54,549 bases of DNA from a virus (taxonomy: Duplodnaviria; Caudoviricetes): positions 1 to 54,549 of IMG/VR virus record IMGVR_UViG_3300011126_000071; one strand, given 5' to 3'. Below are positions 28,497 to 39,003 of this stretch, piece by piece (position 1 is the first letter of the stretch; every line of letters begins with the position of its first letter). The notes beneath the pieces are model-generated. The model was not told the origin of the DNA. It was given only the letters and a program-made list of their open reading frames with translations, and searched no databases. The translations under genes and the position numbers were made by a program.

Positions 28497-28760
28497 TTAT
28501 TTTATTTTTGTTTTATTAGTTGATAGAGGTAAACGTCTATATATTCCTTTACCGTCTGGTGATTCATATACTGACATTGTTGTGTCGAATACTTTACCAC
28601 CATTTTCTCGTGTTACGATTAATACTGGTCCATCTTCGTTAACGTTCTCGTCAACATAAGTAACCGTTTTATTTAAAATGTCTGATTCGAATAATTTGGT
28701 AAATGGAACCAATGGTTCACCATGACCATAACTTACCGTATCCCATACTTGATATTTCAT
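28497..28760 (-). CDS. Hypothetical protein
   Basis: 87-aa ORF packed between the aminotransferase and gmd. Confidence 0.6.
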   Translation of the reverse strand: MKYQVWDTVSYGHGEPLVPFTKLFESDILNKTVTYVDENVNEDGPVLIVTRENGGKVFDTTMSVYESPDGKGIYRRLPLSTNKTKIK

Positions 28761-28761
28761 A

Positions 28762-29364
28762 TTATTTGTTTTTAAAAATTTTCATTTGTGTTAAATCTGG
28801 CCAATCAGTCGATACCCATTGTCTAGGTTCTGTTTCTATTGCATCTTTTAACTTATCTAGACCTTTTTGTGCTGTTTCTGGTGTCATATAATAATGGTAA
28901 CCCATAGTTTCTATGTTTTGTTCTCTCCAAGGTGTGTTTGGTAGTCTACCATCGTATGACATCTTCTTTAGCATTTTAGCATCATCTTCGTTGTCACATA
29001 ATATCATACCACCTCTACCAAGACTTAAATGTTTTTGGAATTGGAAACTTAGGGACATCATAGTATTTGGAATATAACTGTCTTTCTTCCAAAGAACTGC
29101 CGCATCAATTATTCTTTTATCATCATAATTAAGAGTATAAAAGTTTTTCCAATCGTCATTACGCCACTCTAGTTCTATACCTAACTTATCAGCCAAGAAT
29201 GGTACTGATAAATAGGTTCTTTTTGGTACGTTTATCTTTGTTGTGTTGGTTAGTCTTAGACATAATTCTATCCCGTGAGTACAGCAATCAACAGCTACTG
29301 CGTATGGAGCACCAAAGAACTTGGCTATCTCATTTTCGAATTCGGTTATTGTATTAAAATCCAT
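28762..29364 (-). CDS. Compact DegT/DnrJ/EryC1/StrS-family PLP sugar aminotransferase
   Basis: FENEIAKFFGAPYAVAVDCCTHGIELCL, IIDAA, LSFQFQKHLSLGRGGMI (PLP lysine), GYHYYM. Confidence 0.85.
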   Translation of the reverse strand: MDFNTITEFENEIAKFFGAPYAVAVDCCTHGIELCLRLTNTTKINVPKRTYLSVPFLADKLGIELEWRNDDWKNFYTLNYDDKRIIDAAVLWKKDSYIPNTMMSLSFQFQKHLSLGRGGMILCDNEDDAKMLKKMSYDGRLPNTPWREQNIETMGYHYYMTPETAQKGLDKLKDAIETEPRQWVSTDWPDLTQMKIFKNK

Positions 29365-29410
29365 ATTTTATTTTAATAATACCGATAATTGTTAATTAAG
29401 TAAATATTAC

Positions 29411-30112
29411 TTATCCATCAATTTCATTTTTTGTAACTCTTTCTTCTGAAATGTTATAACTTTTAATTATATTGATGTAATTTTCATTATCTATTGGGTT
29501 TGAAAATAAACCACCAGTAAAACTATGTCTACTTATATTGATATCCCAATTGTCAAAATATTTACCACTAACTGTTTGATTAAAAGAATTATCCCCAAAG
29601 TTAACACCAATAAAACAAACCTTAAAATTTTCAAATCCATGTACAACCTTTAATGTGTCCACAATTTCTTCCATATCTGAAAGTCCTATATCATTTTCCC
29701 ATTTGTTATATGTGTAGTTAAATAAAGTATTATAATTCTTTAGTTTCTTGAACCTTTCCTTACATTTGACAAAATGATTATAATCTTTCTCAGTGTTTAA
29801 ATCGTGATGTGGAAATATTGCACCATGAACATCCGTATGGTCAACATCATAAAACTTATTACTAGTCCTAACTGACGTTGGTAGTTGTGTACCAGTCTCT
29901 GGGTCAAGTGTCATTTGATTACAAGTTAAACTAAAATTATTTTCTGGTTTAAGTATCTCATTAAAATCATCCGCTAAAATGTGTTTGATGTTCTTAACGT
30001 TTAATGTATTCATAAAGTCAAAAAAACCAGAAAATTCTCTATATTTGTAGTGTTTTAATATTTCAGAATTCTGACATCTACTACCTAGACTATGTATTGT
30101 ATTATATTTCAT
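29411..30112 (-). CDS. DUF1796-like (putative papain-like) protein
   Basis: SLGSRC...YREFSGFFDF...FPHHD matches the SLG..C/PFDW/F.H pattern of this family. Confidence 0.55.
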   Translation of the reverse strand: MKYNTIHSLGSRCQNSEILKHYKYREFSGFFDFMNTLNVKNIKHILADDFNEILKPENNFSLTCNQMTLDPETGTQLPTSVRTSNKFYDVDHTDVHGAIFPHHDLNTEKDYNHFVKCKERFKKLKNYNTLFNYTYNKWENDIGLSDMEEIVDTLKVVHGFENFKVCFIGVNFGDNSFNQTVSGKYFDNWDINISRHSFTGGLFSNPIDNENYINIIKSYNISEERVTKNEIDG

Positions 30113-30914
30113 TTTCTAAAAAGTGTTTATATATGTAATCTTCGGCAACTAATAATTCATTTGCCAATTTAAAGTTATCATTAACAGCATCTAATTTACT
30201 CTTATACAACTCAACAGATAAATCTTCAATCCTAAAGTTATCATCTAACATGATAATACCATCTTTATTGAAGAAGTCCCCAATGTTCGTTATTCCGTAA
30301 TAGATTGGTATTGTCCCAGTCATAAAACAATCCGTAATCTTTTCTGTAAACATATTAGAATAGGTTGCATTCTCCATTGCAAAAGAAAAATAGTAATCTT
30401 TAAGACCGTCAACTTTATTAGTTATTGGGTTAAAACCCCTACCATAATGGTCACACTTATTAGAGTATTTGTTAATCATTTCTTGTCTAATTCTATGTTC
30501 AGCACACATGACCTTATTAGATGCAATCATCGACACTAATTTTGTTTTATCATAAACCTCACCATAAGGTAAGAATGATTTACCACTACATTGTGTTAGT
30601 TTAAATATACTAGAAATTGTAGTTAAGTAAACGTCATGAGTAAATACACATTTAAAATTATCAATTAAATATTCTACATTATTCACACACCAATCATATA
30701 TTGATGGGTTTATAGTTTTAGATTCAACTAACCAACCATAATTCTTAGTATTTGGATTAGTTGGTTGTTTAATTGAATGGTCAACATATATAGATATTGG
30801 AGCAGTCTGTTGACCTTTAACCCATTTCATATATAATGGTTCATAACCAGACGTTGAAGGGCTGTGTTGAAAACCACCACCGATTAAATTTATTTCTTGT
30901 CTACCATCTTGCAT
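30102..30914 (-). CDS. GT10-like (alpha-1,3-fucosyltransferase-type) glycosyltransferase
   Basis: YYFSFAMENATYSNMFTEKITDCFMTGTIPIYYG is the GT10 GDP-fucose-binding motif. Confidence 0.85.
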   Translation of the reverse strand: MQDGRQEINLIGGGFQHSPSTSGYEPLYMKWVKGQQTAPISIYVDHSIKQPTNPNTKNYGWLVESKTINPSIYDWCVNNVEYLIDNFKCVFTHDVYLTTISSIFKLTQCSGKSFLPYGEVYDKTKLVSMIASNKVMCAEHRIRQEMINKYSNKCDHYGRGFNPITNKVDGLKDYYFSFAMENATYSNMFTEKITDCFMTGTIPIYYGITNIGDFFNKDGIIMLDDNFRIEDLSVELYKSKLDAVNDNFKLANELLVAEDYIYKHFLENEI

Positions 30915-31591
30915 ATTATATCATTAAATTCTTCTTGTAATAAAGGCATAGCCTCTTGAGATAGGTGAATATCATCCATTATATACTTTTCATCAGTTGT
31001 ACCATCTGGTAACATCATTTGTTTTGAGATATCTTTTAATATAATTCCATTCTCATGAGATTTATGTTTTAGGTAGGTGTTAAAATGAGAGGTCATAATA
31101 TTTCTAAATGTAACATCTTTATATTGTCTACCAGAAGTTGGCCAACCAACAGACGATGCTGGTGGTGCATATATACCAACGTTAAAACCTTTATCTCTTA
31201 AATATAAAACAGTTTTCATATAGCGATTAACAGTTTCTTTTATCACATCAAATACCGTTTGATTCTCACCAATATTAAAACCAATATGATTCCTAATATC
31301 AATTTCACCGAAACATGTAAATACATAATCATCATTACTGACATTATATTCAGATAATGCTTGTTCAATCCTAGATAGTTTATTGTATGAATTCCATGCA
31401 GTGTTAGAACCAATTTTAATTGGTGTGAAATATGGTATCTTTTGTTCAAACCTATTTATTCGTGACCTTAGTTGACCACCACTAAGTGTATAACAAGTAC
31501 CAAATTCTGGTTGTATATGTCTAAGACCGTCAAATGTCTTATCAGTACCAGAAAAAACAGACACATGACTATCACCTATTATATAAATCAT
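30890..31591 (-). CDS. SGNH/GDSL hydrolase-fold protein
   Basis: IIGDSH, FGEIDIR and DDIHL motifs. Confidence 0.75.
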   Translation of the reverse strand: MIYIIGDSHVSVFSGTDKTFDGLRHIQPEFGTCYTLSGGQLRSRINRFEQKIPYFTPIKIGSNTAWNSYNKLSRIEQALSEYNVSNDDYVFTCFGEIDIRNHIGFNIGENQTVFDVIKETVNRYMKTVLYLRDKGFNVGIYAPPASSVGWPTSGRQYKDVTFRNIMTSHFNTYLKHKSHENGIILKDISKQMMLPDGTTDEKYIMDDIHLSQEAMPLLQEEFNDIICKMVDKK

Positions 31592-32412
31592 AACTTAAAA
31601 ACCTCTTTAATATTTTCAGATAAAATACTAGCAATAATCGATACCGAAGATATATCTGCTTTAAATAAATAATCACATTTTGCTAGAGTAAATATTTCTT
31701 GTATACATTCAATACCTAATTTATACCTATGATGTTCTCTTTCAGCTTTGAATCTATCATATGGGTGAAGATGTGGGTTTGCAGCATCAGCTCTAAACAT
31801 ATCTTCATAACATAATACAGGGATATCTAATGCTTCCCTAATTGACTCTATTATTGTTCCGTCATCAGTAGCTAGAAATATTTGTTGGATTTCTGGTTTA
31901 TCATTTAGTATTACCTTAACTCTATCAATGTAAGAACTAACTGGAGATACATTGTGATAGTGTTTCATATCTGTCAATCTAACTTGCATACCTAGAGTTA
32001 CTTTACCTTTAATATTTTCATTGTAATAATCATCTAACAATTTAACCAAATATGGTTTAAGTTGAAATGAGTTAAAGAATTTTTCTTTAAGGTCAATGAA
32101 ATTCTGTGGGTACATAAAAACATCTCTATTCTCATAATGTATATTCGCTGAAATTAAACTATCCATCTCTTTTACTGGTTCGTCATTTGATATGGTTGTC
32201 TGGTCAAAGTAATACTCCCAACTATTATTCGTATCATGAAGTATATCTTTCTCAGTACAAACACACTCATTTGTTTCCATATCAACAAATAACTTATCAC
32301 CATCAGAGGTATGTGTTAATGCATTTAAGGTAATGAAAATATTACCAGCAAAGCCAACCCCAGCAAATTCATGTGCTGGAGATATCTTAACGAATTTTAA
32401 TTTATATTTCAT
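31588..32412 (-). CDS. NodZ/GT23-like O-fucosyltransferase-family protein
   Basis: TLGMQVRLTDM, IFLATDD, EIFTLAKCDYLF..SSVS. Confidence 0.75.
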   Translation of the reverse strand: MKYKLKFVKISPAHEFAGVGFAGNIFITLNALTHTSDGDKLFVDMETNECVCTEKDILHDTNNSWEYYFDQTTISNDEPVKEMDSLISANIHYENRDVFMYPQNFIDLKEKFFNSFQLKPYLVKLLDDYYNENIKGKVTLGMQVRLTDMKHYHNVSPVSSYIDRVKVILNDKPEIQQIFLATDDGTIIESIREALDIPVLCYEDMFRADAANPHLHPYDRFKAEREHHRYKLGIECIQEIFTLAKCDYLFKADISSVSIIASILSENIKEVFKL

Positions 32413-32926
32413 ACCCTAATTTTTTAGCATTTTCTATTATCTTTGAACCATCAATTTTCTTAACTAATTTTGCTGGGTTCCCTTTATACACACCCCATTC
32501 TTCTGTATCACCCATTAATAAACTACCAGCTGTGAGTAATACACCCTTTCTTAGTATAGACCCAGCCAACACAATAGAGTTAGTCCCTATGTTTGAAAAT
32601 TCTTCCATGATAACTGGTTCAATTATTTGAGTCCCTTTCAATTCATTTGGTATCATAGCACCGAATAAACCACTACCATCAAATCTATCAGAACCACAGA
32701 CTATTCTAGCACCAGCCATTATGTTATTAAAACCTTTTGCGATGAATTGACCATTCTTACCACCAATACAAGTTACATATGGACTTATATGTACATAATA
32801 CCCAATAGTTAATTTAGTTGTGCAATAGAAACCATCATCGATTGCGACATGATTACCAATAACGCAATAATCTGGTTGTTTAATTGTGATATTATCACTT
32901 AATATTACATCATCACCTATTATCAT
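32402..32926 (-). CDS. Hexapeptide-repeat (left-handed beta-helix) acetyltransferase
   Basis: IGNHVAID, IGYYVHISPYV, IGTNSIVLAG, WGVYKGNPAK. Confidence 0.88.
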   Translation of the reverse strand: MIIGDDVILSDNITIKQPDYCVIGNHVAIDDGFYCTTKLTIGYYVHISPYVTCIGGKNGQFIAKGFNNIMAGARIVCGSDRFDGSGLFGAMIPNELKGTQIIEPVIMEEFSNIGTNSIVLAGSILRKGVLLTAGSLLMGDTEEWGVYKGNPAKLVKKIDGSKIIENAKKLGYEI

Positions 32927-33501
32927 AACATATTTTTGAATTCATCAACACTGATTAAATTCAATAATTCTATTCTATTTGAATCTAATAATTCCCATGT
33001 TAAATCTTCACTAACTTTTATCTTCTTTTGTTTACCTTTGGTAATAACCCCGCAACCATAATCACTATCAACCACAGACATTTTAATATCATTTCTTTCT
33101 GTCTTTAGTTTTACCCAAGCTTTCCAGCAATCACCAGTCCATTCAGTATTAGGTTTGTATTGCGGATAACGTTGTATCAATTCAGAATGTGGATTCATAT
33201 CATGACAAATAATATAACCACCATCATTTAAGACATTTAAAGAGTTTATGATGTCTTTATAAACTTGTTCTGACCAATGCAACCCATCAATAAAGATAAC
33301 ATCATACATCTCTTTATTTTGCTCAAAAAAAGCATCTGATGTTAATGTAAAGGTAACTGGAACTGTGGGTGTTGGGTCAACACAAACTTTATGTTCACAA
33401 ACAACACCAGCAAAATTCTTACCAGGTCCCATACCGATTTCTAAATATTTTTTACCACCAACCTTATCAATTAGTGATTGAATAATTTCTGTTCTTGTCA
33501 T
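32923..33501 (-). CDS. Class I SAM-dependent methyltransferase
   Basis: YLEIG, SDAFF, YDVIFIDGLH, GGYIICHD, WTGDCWKA. Confidence 0.88.
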   Translation of the reverse strand: MTRTEIIQSLIDKVGGKKYLEIGMGPGKNFAGVVCEHKVCVDPTPTVPVTFTLTSDAFFEQNKEMYDVIFIDGLHWSEQVYKDIINSLNVLNDGGYIICHDMNPHSELIQRYPQYKPNTEWTGDCWKAWVKLKTERNDIKMSVVDSDYGCGVITKGKQKKIKVSEDLTWELLDSNRIELLNLISVDEFKNML

Positions 33502-34361
33502 ATCTTATATACTTTTTTAATATTTTCACTCCAAAGGACACCACCAGCCAACATTCCAGACAACCTACCAAATAAATAATCACACTTACCCATTAATTTT
33601 GCTTGAATTATAACTTCTTCACCTAATAATCTACAGTGGTTTTCTCGTTTAGTACTAACATTTGGCCAACAATGAACTCTATTAATATATTCCATTGTTT
33701 CATCTGTACGTCTAAACACATCTGGTATGAAGTAAGACTCTGGGAATGCTTTACTAATAGCATTTATATATTCCATATCTTCACTAACAATGAATATTTT
33801 TGTTATTTCTTTATTCTCTTCTAATATTTTCTTAACCTCGTTGATATAATCTTGCACACTAAACACACCATACATTGGATGGTGGAGATTGTATTCAGTG
33901 CCTCTAGCCATTAACCCTAATACTGTGTGACCCTCAAATTCTTCTTTATATATCTTATCAATTTTATCTAAAATATATTGTTTAGGTTTAATATATAAAT
34001 TATCAATCGTTTGTTGTCGTTTAAGTTCCGTTTGATTATCGAAATAATGTTGTGCATGGTCAATTAGTGTACCGTATTTAGAAGGTGGGTAAGTATTTAA
34101 TGTTGATGTGTCACCACTACCTATAATTGGTTGTTCAAACCAAAAATCAAAAGGGTTTATATCTGATGTTTCAACTTTATTCTCAAAAGGGTTAATACTT
34201 TCAACCCAAGTTGTGTTAGCCCAACTAATGTAAGGTATACTATCATTACCACTATCATGATGATGAATTAATTCTTCTAAACATATCCTATAATTAGAAA
34301 AAAACCCATAACCATAATTCCAACCATGTTTTGTTGGTGATATTATTGAATAATTACCCAT
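33498..34361 (-). CDS. NodZ/GT23-like O-fucosyltransferase-family protein
   Basis: YGFFSNY, VLGLMARGTE, IFIVSED, LMGKCDYLFGRLSG; paralogue of 31588-32412. Confidence 0.72.
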   Translation of the reverse strand: MGNYSIISPTKHGWNYGYGFFSNYRICLEELIHHHDSGNDSIPYISWANTTWVESINPFENKVETSDINPFDFWFEQPIIGSGDTSTLNTYPPSKYGTLIDHAQHYFDNQTELKRQQTIDNLYIKPKQYILDKIDKIYKEEFEGHTVLGLMARGTEYNLHHPMYGVFSVQDYINEVKKILEENKEITKIFIVSEDMEYINAISKAFPESYFIPDVFRRTDETMEYINRVHCWPNVSTKRENHCRLLGEEVIIQAKLMGKCDYLFGRLSGMLAGGVLWSENIKKVYKI

Positions 34362-34362
34362 A

Positions 34363-34770
34363 TTAAATAAACCTCTTGTCTAATTCTTGACCCTCGTAAG
34401 GACCAGTTTTATATTCATATACAATTGTATCATCTTCTAGTATTTCATATGTATGACCACCGTAAAGTGTGAAACTAGCATCCCCAGCACCAAGTATTGG
34501 TTCAGCAATTAACGTATCGTCAATATCATAGAACTTACATCTAACACGACCTTTGATAATAACCCAAGATTCTTGAGCAATTTGTTCATCATAAGACCTT
34601 TTCTTAGTTATGTGTTTGTGTGGTGGGAATGTTTTACCTTTCTCCATTCTAAGAGTCGCACATTGGATGAAGTGTTCCCCATCTACAACGTCATGTCTAC
34701 CCTCTATTTCTGCTAATCGATTGATTATATGTAATAACCTACCGTCTATTCTTGAGTATATCTTTTCCAT
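34363..34770 (-). CDS. Cupin-fold protein (WbuC/sugar isomerase-like)
   Basis: PHKH...QESWVIIKG...GGHTYEILED...EYKTGPY. Confidence 0.8.
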   Translation of the reverse strand: MEKIYSRIDGRLLHIINRLAEIEGRHDVVDGEHFIQCATLRMEKGKTFPPHKHITKKRSYDEQIAQESWVIIKGRVRCKFYDIDDTLIAEPILGAGDASFTLYGGHTYEILEDDTIVYEYKTGPYEGQELDKRFI

Positions 34771-34773
34771 TTA

Positions 34774-35574
34774 TTAAATTTTTATCCATGATTTTGGGAG
34801 TATATCACTAGTGTCATGTTTTATTGCTGGACCAAACCATTTTGAAGGTCCAATAACTATTTTATTTTCGTTTCTATTTAACCAAGCACCCCACCAAGAG
34901 AATGATGAATTTGCAATAATGTTATTATTACAGAATGACATTAAATATAATTCAATATAATCTTTTTCATTTTGAATGTAAACACTATTATTGACTTTTA
35001 AATTATCCTTACACCATTGAATATCATCACTAAATATAATAAATCGGTCTGTTTTATCTTTAACTAGTTCAATAGCTTCATTGTAATATTCAACAGATTG
35101 AACTGGATGGTGATTCGGATGTTTAACATAATCACCACGTCTTACATGTATAGATGTTGTTTTACCTTTAATGATAGATTTGTATTTACCAACTATAATT
35201 GTATGTAATGTTTTAAGTGATGGAGTTAAAAAGTCTAATATTTCTTCCCTATGTGTTACAAAGTATTTCTCACTCTGGAAAAACCCATCAATTATAACAT
35301 CTTCCTTAAATAAAGGTGATGGTGTATATTCAAATGGGTATACTGCTGTTTTAGCCGATGCGTGTGGTGATGTATTCAAATGACCTAAGAAGTCCTTATA
35401 TTCATTACTATGTTTAAGTGATGGGTTATAAGTTTTATCTGAATTTAAGTAATGTAGGTGCGAATCTAAATTAGGAAATGAACAATCTGTATTACAATCA
35501 ATTGCAATGGCCTTTGCTGCCGCAATCTGAAAGAACATATTTCCTAAACCTCCTTTTAACTTACAGTATATCAT
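34774..35574 (-). CDS. GT11 alpha-1,2-fucosyltransferase-like protein
   Basis: GGLGNMFFQ, GFFQSEKYF, SIHVRRGDY, FSDDIQWC, IIANSSFSWWGAWL. Confidence 0.93.
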   Translation of the reverse strand: MIYCKLKGGLGNMFFQIAAAKAIAIDCNTDCSFPNLDSHLHYLNSDKTYNPSLKHSNEYKDFLGHLNTSPHASAKTAVYPFEYTPSPLFKEDVIIDGFFQSEKYFVTHREEILDFLTPSLKTLHTIIVGKYKSIIKGKTTSIHVRRGDYVKHPNHHPVQSVEYYNEAIELVKDKTDRFIIFSDDIQWCKDNLKVNNSVYIQNEKDYIELYLMSFCNNNIIANSSFSWWGAWLNRNENKIVIGPSKWFGPAIKHDTSDILPKSWIKI

Positions 35575-36290
35575 CTTACCAATCTTTCGTATTTAGGTCT
35601 ATTCCTCAATATTTTAACTGCGTTATTTACCTTATCCATATTAACCTTATGGTCATTAAGAGGGTTTTGTTCGTTATAGATATAATTAATCTCATCCATA
35701 AAGTAATAATGTTCTGGTCCAGCCATTTCAAGCATTGGGAACATAAATGCTAAATCACCAGCAACCTCCCAATAAACACCATTATCATCTTTCAAGTAAT
35801 CTTGTTCTATTGCTCTCCATAAGAACGCTCTCCATGTTCTAATATGACTTGCAGTAAATTGGTCTTGTCTAATATTATCAAAATCCCTTGGTTCTGCTGC
35901 GAATCCTCTAGTGCCATTTGAGTACATGAAACAGCCATTAGCAATCCAAATGTTCTCTACTTTATACGTTGCATCAATCCTAGCAAGTGTCTTAGAGTCT
36001 GGGAGCCAATCATCACCATCAATTTCAACAATTACTTCGTTATCGTCAATGTCTGGATTGTTACGAATTACTTGGTCATAGTTACCAGGTTGGTAGAACT
36101 TCTCCGTATTCTCAATAAGAATAAATCTATCATCACCTTGAATCATATCTTTAACCTTTTTAACTGAATTATCTGTTGACATATCATCGGTGATATAACA
36201 TTTAAAATCAGTAAATGTTTGACCCATTATGGAACCTAAACATTGTTCTATATATTCTTCACAATTGTAAAGTGTTGTTACTATTACCAT
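35571..36290 (-). CDS. Glycosyltransferase family 2
   Basis: YNCEEYIEQCLGSI..QT, DDMSTDNS, IDGDDWL, DLAFMFPMLEM. Confidence 0.9.
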   Translation of the reverse strand: MVIVTTLYNCEEYIEQCLGSIMGQTFTDFKCYITDDMSTDNSVKKVKDMIQGDDRFILIENTEKFYQPGNYDQVIRNNPDIDDNEVIVEIDGDDWLPDSKTLARIDATYKVENIWIANGCFMYSNGTRGFAAEPRDFDNIRQDQFTASHIRTWRAFLWRAIEQDYLKDDNGVYWEVAGDLAFMFPMLEMAGPEHYYFMDEINYIYNEQNPLNDHKVNMDKVNNAVKILRNRPKYERLVR

Positions 36291-37204
36291 TAATCTCGTT
36301 CTTTTCTTTTTTCCTTATTTTCATATCTCTTATCCAACTCATCATCTCTGAACTTCTCATAGATAGATTCACCATTCTTAAGTACCTCAGCCTTGAACTT
36401 AATAATATAATAACCATCAAATTCAACTATCTTATCGAAACCGCTAATTTTATAATCAAATTCCATTAAGTCTTTAATACCAACTGTATTGTAAGATATA
36501 AACATGACGTTGGATATATCTAAGAAATCTGTCATCCTAGGGTTCTTAATTGACTTCTTAATTTCAGATAGAAAGAATCTACTTTTTCTATTATCCTCAT
36601 CAGCATATTTTGTAACATAGAATTCTAATAATTTTTCAGTATCAGAAATAGTTCTCACATGCATTTTCTTAGTGTAATCTTCTATGTCAAACTTTGGTCT
36701 AAATTCTCTTTCACATTTTAACACACGTTCTGGTTTTTCCTTTTCGTCTACTAGAACATCTGACAAACTCATTGTTATTATGTCATTATTGACCAATAAT
36801 TCTAATGGGTAATATTCATAACCATCAGCAATAGCCTCATCAGTTTCAGAATATTCAGTATCATCCATCTTAATTTTACTTAACGTATTCTTACCAAGAT
36901 TACCTTCTTCGATAAGTGTTTGTTCTGTCATCATAAAACCATCCTCATCATACCCAACAACCTCAGTCTTAAATTTTTGGGCTTGTTCAAGAACTTTATA
37001 CATCCTCCAACGTAATTCTTGAACTTCTTGAGTTACTTCACCTTGATTTAAAGCATCGGCTAAAGAGCCTTGTCTATGTCTCTGATGTTTTGATGTACTA
37101 CCTAGTTCATTCCCACCACCTTGACCTAGAGCTGTTTTTTCAACACTAGATGTTGCTAACGCTATCGCAGCTAACTTATTTTTAACCCAATCACCTATTC
37201 CCAT
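36290..37204 (-). CDS. Hypothetical phage protein
   Basis: 304-aa ORF coupled on both sides; GEVTQEVQELRWRMYKV block. Confidence 0.7.
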   Translation of the reverse strand: MGIGDWVKNKLAAIALATSSVEKTALGQGGGNELGSTSKHQRHRQGSLADALNQGEVTQEVQELRWRMYKVLEQAQKFKTEVVGYDEDGFMMTEQTLIEEGNLGKNTLSKIKMDDTEYSETDEAIADGYEYYPLELLVNNDIITMSLSDVLVDEKEKPERVLKCEREFRPKFDIEDYTKKMHVRTISDTEKLLEFYVTKYADEDNRKSRFFLSEIKKSIKNPRMTDFLDISNVMFISYNTVGIKDLMEFDYKISGFDKIVEFDGYYIIKFKAEVLKNGESIYEKFRDDELDKRYENKEKRKERD

Positions 37205-38850
37205 TATTGAACAATTTCTTTATATTCCTCTATTATTTCTTTGGCAACATTATCTGACCTAAATTTATCGATATCATCTGGAACTTGATGTAATTCTTTA
37301 CCTTTAATATTTCCAGATTCATCAATATCATAAATCCAACCAGCCTTACCACATAACCACCCTTCAATAGTTGTTCTACCTAATAAGATACCAGCCGTTT
37401 CATCACACTTCTTAACGAATTCCTCAACTTTCCAACTTGGACCATGATAAGTAACGTGTTCGTTATCAGAACCTATTAAATCATTAACAACAACACCATT
37501 CTCCTTACCAACTAACCAAAGGTCTTTACCATCCGCTTTAGTTGTTTCAATTAAATCCTTAATTGCTTTCTCACGTAAATAATCTATTGTACCAACAAAT
37601 AATACAATTGGCCTTTCATTATTTACATTAGTTGGTTTAAACCTAGAATAATCAATCGGATTATAAACAACGTCAATCATATCAGCATCAATGTTAAATC
37701 TATCAATTAGAAATTCTTTAATTTCTGGTCTAATAGCGATATACTTTTTAATTTGTGGGTGTATAACTGGATGTTCCAATTCAATAACCTCAGAATGGAT
37801 ACTACAAATAGTTTCAGTGTCTGGGTATAATTTAAGTAGATGTTCTGTAATCGGTTTGTGATTCAAATGTAGAACATCGAATTGAATATCTGACACTTTA
37901 TATAGATTATTCTTAGTTGATTTTACTGGTCCGTTTGGTGTATTTAACATCCATTCACCATCACCTAATTTATAACCTGGTGGTTCTTGAATAGAATACA
38001 ACTTAGCACCCAATTGGTGAGCCTTTCTAGCCAATGGTTCACCAAGTGATGAACAAATAGAAACATCACAACCTTGTTTTAACAATTCCTTTGTTAATTC
38101 ATAAACATATAATTCAGAACCAGTATGGTTTGCAAAATTAAGACAACCAATAAGAACTTTAATTTTCTCATCCTTTCTAAATTCTTTCTTAATATTAACT
38201 GGTAAATTATCTTTATACTTTTCAGAAAACAATTTTCTATTTTCTTCCCATTGTTCGTTAGTTTGACCAACAGATTGATGATTTACTCTTAAGTTCGTAT
38301 GAACACCAACCTTAACACCATCTAAATAATTTTGAAAGCAGAAGTCAACGTCATAGAAGTGGAAACCTTCTACAGATTCATCAAAGTCTTTTTTGATTCT
38401 TCCCTTATGTATGGAAAAGAATACACCATCAACAACAACAACATCTTCAATATCGTTATTAATATCTGGACTATAAGCAGACAACCATGATTTACCATCA
38501 CTAGTATGTTTAACTCTACCGTACATCTTCTTTCTTTTAGCCCACCATTGACCACTCTCTGGTAAGAATTTAGAACCAGCAACACCTAATATACCATATT
38601 CTTCATTGTTATCGTAAAGTCTTTTTAACTTCTTACCCCATTGCTTGGTTTCGATAGTAATATCATCATGACAAAATACCACAATATCGTTTTTAGCTTG
38701 TTTTAAGCCACGATTATAACACTTAGTTAGTGATTCACCATTATTTATTATTTCTATAACCTCAGCGTTCTTATGTAGCCCAGAAGACTTAATAAGATGT
38801 TCAGTATGTTCTGGGTTTGATTCTCTTGTACAGTATACTATTGTTATCAT
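37204..38850 (-). CDS. Two-domain glycosyltransferase (GT2-like N-terminus plus GT-B C-terminus)
   Basis: YNRGL...VFCHDD...VDGVF...GFHFYDVDFC, then TGSELYVYEL...VYNPIDYSRF...GRTTIEGWLCG. Confidence 0.85.
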   Translation of the reverse strand: MITIVYCTRESNPEHTEHLIKSSGLHKNAEVIEIINNGESLTKCYNRGLKQAKNDIVVFCHDDITIETKQWGKKLKRLYDNNEEYGILGVAGSKFLPESGQWWAKRKKMYGRVKHTSDGKSWLSAYSPDINNDIEDVVVVDGVFFSIHKGRIKKDFDESVEGFHFYDVDFCFQNYLDGVKVGVHTNLRVNHQSVGQTNEQWEENRKLFSEKYKDNLPVNIKKEFRKDEKIKVLIGCLNFANHTGSELYVYELTKELLKQGCDVSICSSLGEPLARKAHQLGAKLYSIQEPPGYKLGDGEWMLNTPNGPVKSTKNNLYKVSDIQFDVLHLNHKPITEHLLKLYPDTETICSIHSEVIELEHPVIHPQIKKYIAIRPEIKEFLIDRFNIDADMIDVVYNPIDYSRFKPTNVNNERPIVLFVGTIDYLREKAIKDLIETTKADGKDLWLVGKENGVVVNDLIGSDNEHVTYHGPSWKVEEFVKKCDETAGILLGRTTIEGWLCGKAGWIYDIDESGNIKGKELHQVPDDIDKFRSDNVAKEIIEEYKEIVQ

Positions 38851-39002
38851 TATTTTTCAGTTAATCTTTTTAACTGTTCTTCTAAGACAGTTAATTCTTT
38901 TTCAAATCCTTCAATAGTCCAACCATCACTATAATTCCCCATAACGATTTCTACGTTTAAGAATCGGATTCTTTCTTTTATTTTTTCTATATTATCTTCC
39001 AT
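38850..39002 (-). CDS. Small hypothetical protein, 50 aa (not in ORF track)
   Basis: MEDNIEKIKERIRFLNVEIVMGNYSDGWTIEGFEKELTVLEEQLKRLTEK fills the dut-GT gap exactly, with a TAATG overlap. Confidence 0.7.
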   Translation of the reverse strand: MEDNIEKIKERIRFLNVEIVMGNYSDGWTIEGFEKELTVLEEQLKRLTEK

Positions 39003-39003
39003 A

